Shown here: positions 63,144 through 64,000 of the stretch, piece after piece
How positions within the stretch are numbered: the stretch's first letter is position 1
Layout of the letters: every line of letters starts with the position of its first letter
NCBI GenBank assembly: GCA_965183835.1
Contig: CBCYME010000010.1
Span: 188,102 to 252,101 of the forward strand
DNA from: Paracoccaceae bacterium
Lineage (GTDB): Bacteria; Pseudomonadota; Alphaproteobacteria; Rhodobacterales; Rhodobacteraceae
Length of the DNA stretch: 64,000 nucleotides
Reading direction: 5' to 3'
Notes under the pieces: generated by a model
Told to the model about the DNA's origin: nothing
Seen by the model: only the letters and a program-made list of their open reading frames with translations
The model's database searches: none
Made by a program: the position numbers and the translations under genes

Positions 63144-64000
63144 ATGACCGTATTGATCGCCGGTGGCGGAATCGCTGGCCTGAGCCTTGGGCTGACCCTA
63201 CACGAAATCGGTGTGCCGTTTCGTATCTTTGAGGCCGTCGATACGGTCAAACCGCTTGGGGTCGGGATCAATCTGCAACCCAATGCTGTGCGTGAGCTGA
63301 TCAATCTTGGTCTTGAAACAGAATTATCCGCCATTGGCGTGCGGACTCGTCAGTACGGGTTTTATTCAAAGCTGGGCAAAACCATCTGGGAAGAGCCACG
63401 CGGAACATCCGCCGGATATGCCTGGCCGCAATACTCGGTCCACCGCGGGGAATTGCAGGTCATGCTGTATCAGGCTCTCATCGCGCGCGCTGGTTCCGCG
63501 TGCATCGAAACCGGGGCCCGCGCGGTTGGGTTCGAAAATAGCGCAGATGGGGCGACGCTGTTGTTAGAGGATGGCCGGCGTGAAACAGGCACTTTGCTTG
63601 TTGCGGCGGACGGTATCCATTCCGCCCTACGCGCCCAGATGTATCCGTCCGAGGGGGCACCGATCTGGAACGGTCGCGTTTTATGGCGGGCAACGACCAA
63701 AGCGGATGCCTTTTTTGGCGGCGGTGCGATGGTGATGATTGGGCACGATGATTTGCGTCTTGTCGCTTATCCGATCTCGAACACCGACAGGCACGGTCAG
63801 GCAACCATCAACTGGATTGCTGAAAAGCGGTTTCCCTTGAATGCGTCGTGGAAAAAAGAAGACTGGAACCGGGCGGCTGACATCGGGGACTTTTTGCCAG
63901 ACTTTGAGGAATGGGGCTTTGACTGGATTGATGTTCCCGCCCTGATCACCGGCGCTGACGTGGTCTATGAGTATCCAATGGTAGATCGCGACCCCCTACC
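63144..64000 (+). CDS. FAD-dependent monooxygenase (salicylate hydroxylase-like), 3' end outside the window
   Basis: This ORF is absent from the ORF track. It is open from ATG 63144 to the window edge. Motifs are MTVLIAGGGIAGLSLGL (dinucleotide fold), ADGIHSALR and YPMVDRDPL. Confidence 0.8.
   Translation, partial: MTVLIAGGGIAGLSLGLTLHEIGVPFRIFEAVDTVKPLGVGINLQPNAVRELINLGLETELSAIGVRTRQYGFYSKLGKTIWEEPRGTSAGYAWPQYSVHRGELQVMLYQALIARAGSACIETGARAVGFENSADGATLLLEDGRRETGTLLVAADGIHSALRAQMYPSEGAPIWNGRVLWRATTKADAFFGGGAMVMIGHDDLRLVAYPISNTDRHGQATINWIAEKRFPLNASWKKEDWNRAADIGDFLPDFEEWGFDWIDVPALITGADVVYEYPMVDRDPL

Overview
The window looks like a gene-dense, mostly core stretch of an alphaproteobacterial chromosome, probably Rhodobacterales/roseobacter-like. 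That assignment is an inference from gene content and protein motifs; no search was run. About 55 CDS and 2 tRNAs can be supported. They include leuC (5' end outside the window), leuD and leuB, separated by unrelated genes; a Na/Pi cotransporter; and convergent tRNA-Pro(TGG) and tRNA-Val(TAC). There is a GlxA / XRE-cupin / Rieske oxygenase / AhpD-like cluster, the zinc locus znuA <> zur-znuC-znuB, and a MocR-type regulator. A betC, tctC <> ROK-tctB-tctA and metallophosphoesterase block follows, then polA. Next come a DUF1285 <> MoxR-DUF58-DUF4159-membrane protein operon, and an alpha-2-macroglobulin-pbpC-secreted hydratase-like operon divergent from a hybrid histidine kinase. The remainder holds yaaA, recQ, yggT, an MFS-mepA-phytase-like operon, yhhQ, arfB, an SDR, a P1 peptidase, cytochrome c, idi and a 3'-truncated FAD monooxygenase. 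No CRISPR array, transposase, integrase or recognisable defence island was seen. The most interesting unexplained signal is a highly structured ~180-nt element between yhhQ and arfB. It carries a 16-nt perfect complement to the 16S rRNA 3' tail, an 18-codon sORF, an internal anti-SD mimic and a strong terminator. Other points are a candidate preQ1-I riboswitch before yhhQ, a probable frameshift in a redoxin gene, and nested in-frame repeats encoding the ZnuA His/Asp loop. Candidate Zur and ROK operators were also found, along with three conserved but functionally unexplained operons (MoxR/DUF58/DUF4159, A2M/PbpC/hydratase, TTT/ROK/phosphoesterase). All family assignments are by eye from motifs and need HMM or BLAST confirmation.
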